From Promethearchaeota archaeon (GTDB lineage: Archaea; Asgardarchaeota; Lokiarchaeia; Sigyniarchaeales; SOKP01): a stretch of 64,000 nucleotides of DNA. This document shows positions 62,516 to 64,000 of the stretch, in pieces (the stretch's first letter is position 1; each line of letters opens with the position of its first letter). Made by a program: the position numbers and the translations under genes. A model generated the notes under the pieces. It worked only from the letters and a program-made list of their open reading frames with translations. It ran no database searches and was not told the origin of the DNA. Where the stretch lies: positions 1 to 64,000 of the forward strand of contig JBHLOC010000024.1 of NCBI GenBank assembly GCA_048940925.1, given 5' to 3'.

Positions 62516-64000
62516 TTGAATAATGATAAAAATCACGAAAATGATAATAAAGTTAATGAGAATGATATAAAAAAACATTCTATAAAAGATTATAATTCCT
62601 ATGGGTTAAAAGAAAAAGTAAAATTTTATGAAGAAGAAGATCTTAGCTCAGAAGTAAAAAACGTTCTTAATGAAGTTTTTACAGATATGAATAAAGTTGA
62701 TGACAATGTTGAGACAAAAATCAGTGATGAATATGAAGAGTCAAAAACTGAGCCTTCTATTACTGATGAAAGTACAATTAGAGTAAGTAAAAACGATTTG
62801 AAAAAAGAAATAGGTCAACAAAATATTGGACTTTTTAATAATATCGAAGAATTAAAAGAGACACCAGAAAAGATCTTAGAAAACCTAAAGAAAGAGGATT
62901 ACAGTTCTTTTAAACATAAGTTGACCCTATTAAAAGAATTGGAATCGTTTCACGAGAATAAATTAAAAGAATTAGAAGAAAAAATTAAAGTTTATAATGA
63001 GAAACATAAAAAATTAGAAAAAACAATTGAAGAATATGATGAGAGAAACAATGAACTAGTAGAAAAGAGAAAAGAATACGAAGAGAGAGTAAAAGAATTT
63101 GAAGAAAAAAGCAAATCAATGGAAGAAAGTAAAGAAGAATTAATGCAACGCGTTAAACAATTAGAAGAAAGTAAAGAAGAATTTACAGACCGAAATACAA
63201 AATTAAAGGAAGCAAGAGAACAATTTATGGAATTGAGTAAGCAAATGGAGGAGAAAAAGAGAGATCTGGAGAAATGGGAAAGAAAATTGGAAAAATTGCA
63301 GAAAAATTTGGAAAAAAGTAAATTTGACTTAGAAAGAAACAAAATAGAATTTGAGAAGAATAAGTTAGAATTTGAAATAAGCAAATCAGAATCTGAAAAA
63401 AGCATAGATGTCTTAAGTACAAAAGAAGTTCCAATGGAAATTAAGAGAGAAGAAGACAGAATTACTATATTGGATAAAAAGGAGAAGAAAAAAGGTAGAG
63501 CGGCAATTTTGCAAGATATGCTAGAAGAATTATCATATAAAGGAGATTTTCAATCATGTCTTTTAATAGATGGGAAGGGAATGTTAATTTCGGAACATTC
63601 TAAGAAAAAATTGGATGAGATGGCAATAGGCGCAATGTTTTCATTAGTTTGCACAAATATATTAAGAGCTATTAAAAGTTTAAATTTACAAGAATTAGAA
63701 TATTTTAAAATGGCCTCTACTAATGGAGAATTTATGCTTAAAAATATCGATATCACAAATTATGAGAGAAATTTTATACTTATAGCACATTATATTAAAT
63801 CAGACTCAATTCTCCCAGATATTACGCAGAAAATAAATAAGAAAGCAATTAAGAAAATTTTGGATAGTGTAAAAAGGGATTTTAATGAATTTGGAAGAGG
63901 AACCAAAATTTCTTGGGTTTTTGATAATTTAGAAAATAAAGTTAATTTTTTAAAAGAAACATATAAAACACCAGAAAAAGATGTAGAATTAATAAGAAGA
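62516..64000 (+). CDS. acidic region + long coiled coil + roadblock-like domain protein (3' truncated by window)
   Basis: Not in track (no stop). TTG at 62516; E/K heptads ~62880-63400; CLLIDGKGMLISE...IGAMFS at ~63490-63800. Confidence 0.8.
   Translation, partial: MNNDKNHENDNKVNENDIKKHSIKDYNSYGLKEKVKFYEEEDLSSEVKNVLNEVFTDMNKVDDNVETKISDEYEESKTEPSITDESTIRVSKNDLKKEIGQQNIGLFNNIEELKETPEKILENLKKEDYSSFKHKLTLLKELESFHENKLKELEEKIKVYNEKHKKLEKTIEEYDERNNELVEKRKEYEERVKEFEEKSKSMEESKEELMQRVKQLEESKEEFTDRNTKLKEAREQFMELSKQMEEKKRDLEKWERKLEKLQKNLEKSKFDLERNKIEFEKNKLEFEISKSESEKSIDVLSTKEVPMEIKREEDRITILDKKEKKKGRAAILQDMLEELSYKGDFQSCLLIDGKGMLISEHSKKKLDEMAIGAMFSLVCTNILRAIKSLNLQELEYFKMASTNGEFMLKNIDITNYERNFILIAHYIKSDSILPDITQKINKKAIKKILDSVKRDFNEFGRGTKISWVFDNLENKVNFLKETYKTPEKDVELIRR

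Noticed and set aside
62880-63400. GAA/AAA-rich quasi-repeats
   Set aside because: Explained by coiled-coil coding; no discrete DNA repeat unit.
61139-63756. Minus-strand ORFs 61139..61546, 61468..61752, 62992..63405, 63225..63434, 63550..63756
   Set aside because: Antisense to well-supported plus-strand genes; F/S/L-rich mirror of E/K codons.
1-64000. rRNA, tRNA, transposase, integrase or phage genes
   Set aside because: No cloverleaf, rRNA-like GC-rich tract, or DDE/tyrosine-recombinase motifs recognised.

Overview
Very AT-rich archaeal DNA, most consistent with an Asgard archaeon (Lokiarchaeia/Promethearchaeota). This is inferred from a TFB paralogue, three small GTPases, several roadblock/longin-type proteins and a TPR-zinc-finger protein. 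I found no rRNA, tRNA, CRISPR array or transposase. 1-20 kb is an energy/stress block: two tandem P3A H+-ATPases, glucan phosphorylase, H+-PPase with DUF47, a Rag-like GTPase with ArsR, Lrp, TFB, three USPs, an M50-CBS protease, SPFH and CorA. 20-47 kb holds mixed metabolic and accessory genes with several pseudogene remnants. 47.7-64 kb is a dense signalling island and the best candidate for an undescribed system. It contains duplicated PAS + AbrB-like modules, five clusters of a TATARR-N4-YYTATA palindrome, a Rab-like GTPase, and a PAS histidine kinase paired with a near-twin pseudokinase that ends in a longin-like domain. It also contains a divergent operon pair encoding an MglA-type GTPase, four or five roadblock-type domains, a V4R/MetOD-like protein, a HEAT-GNAT protein and an unannotated 41-aa three-Cys microprotein whose sequence recurs at the HEAT-GNAT C-terminus. 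Several genes appear to start at ATT, ATA or CTG. All family assignments come from motifs read by eye, not from database searches.
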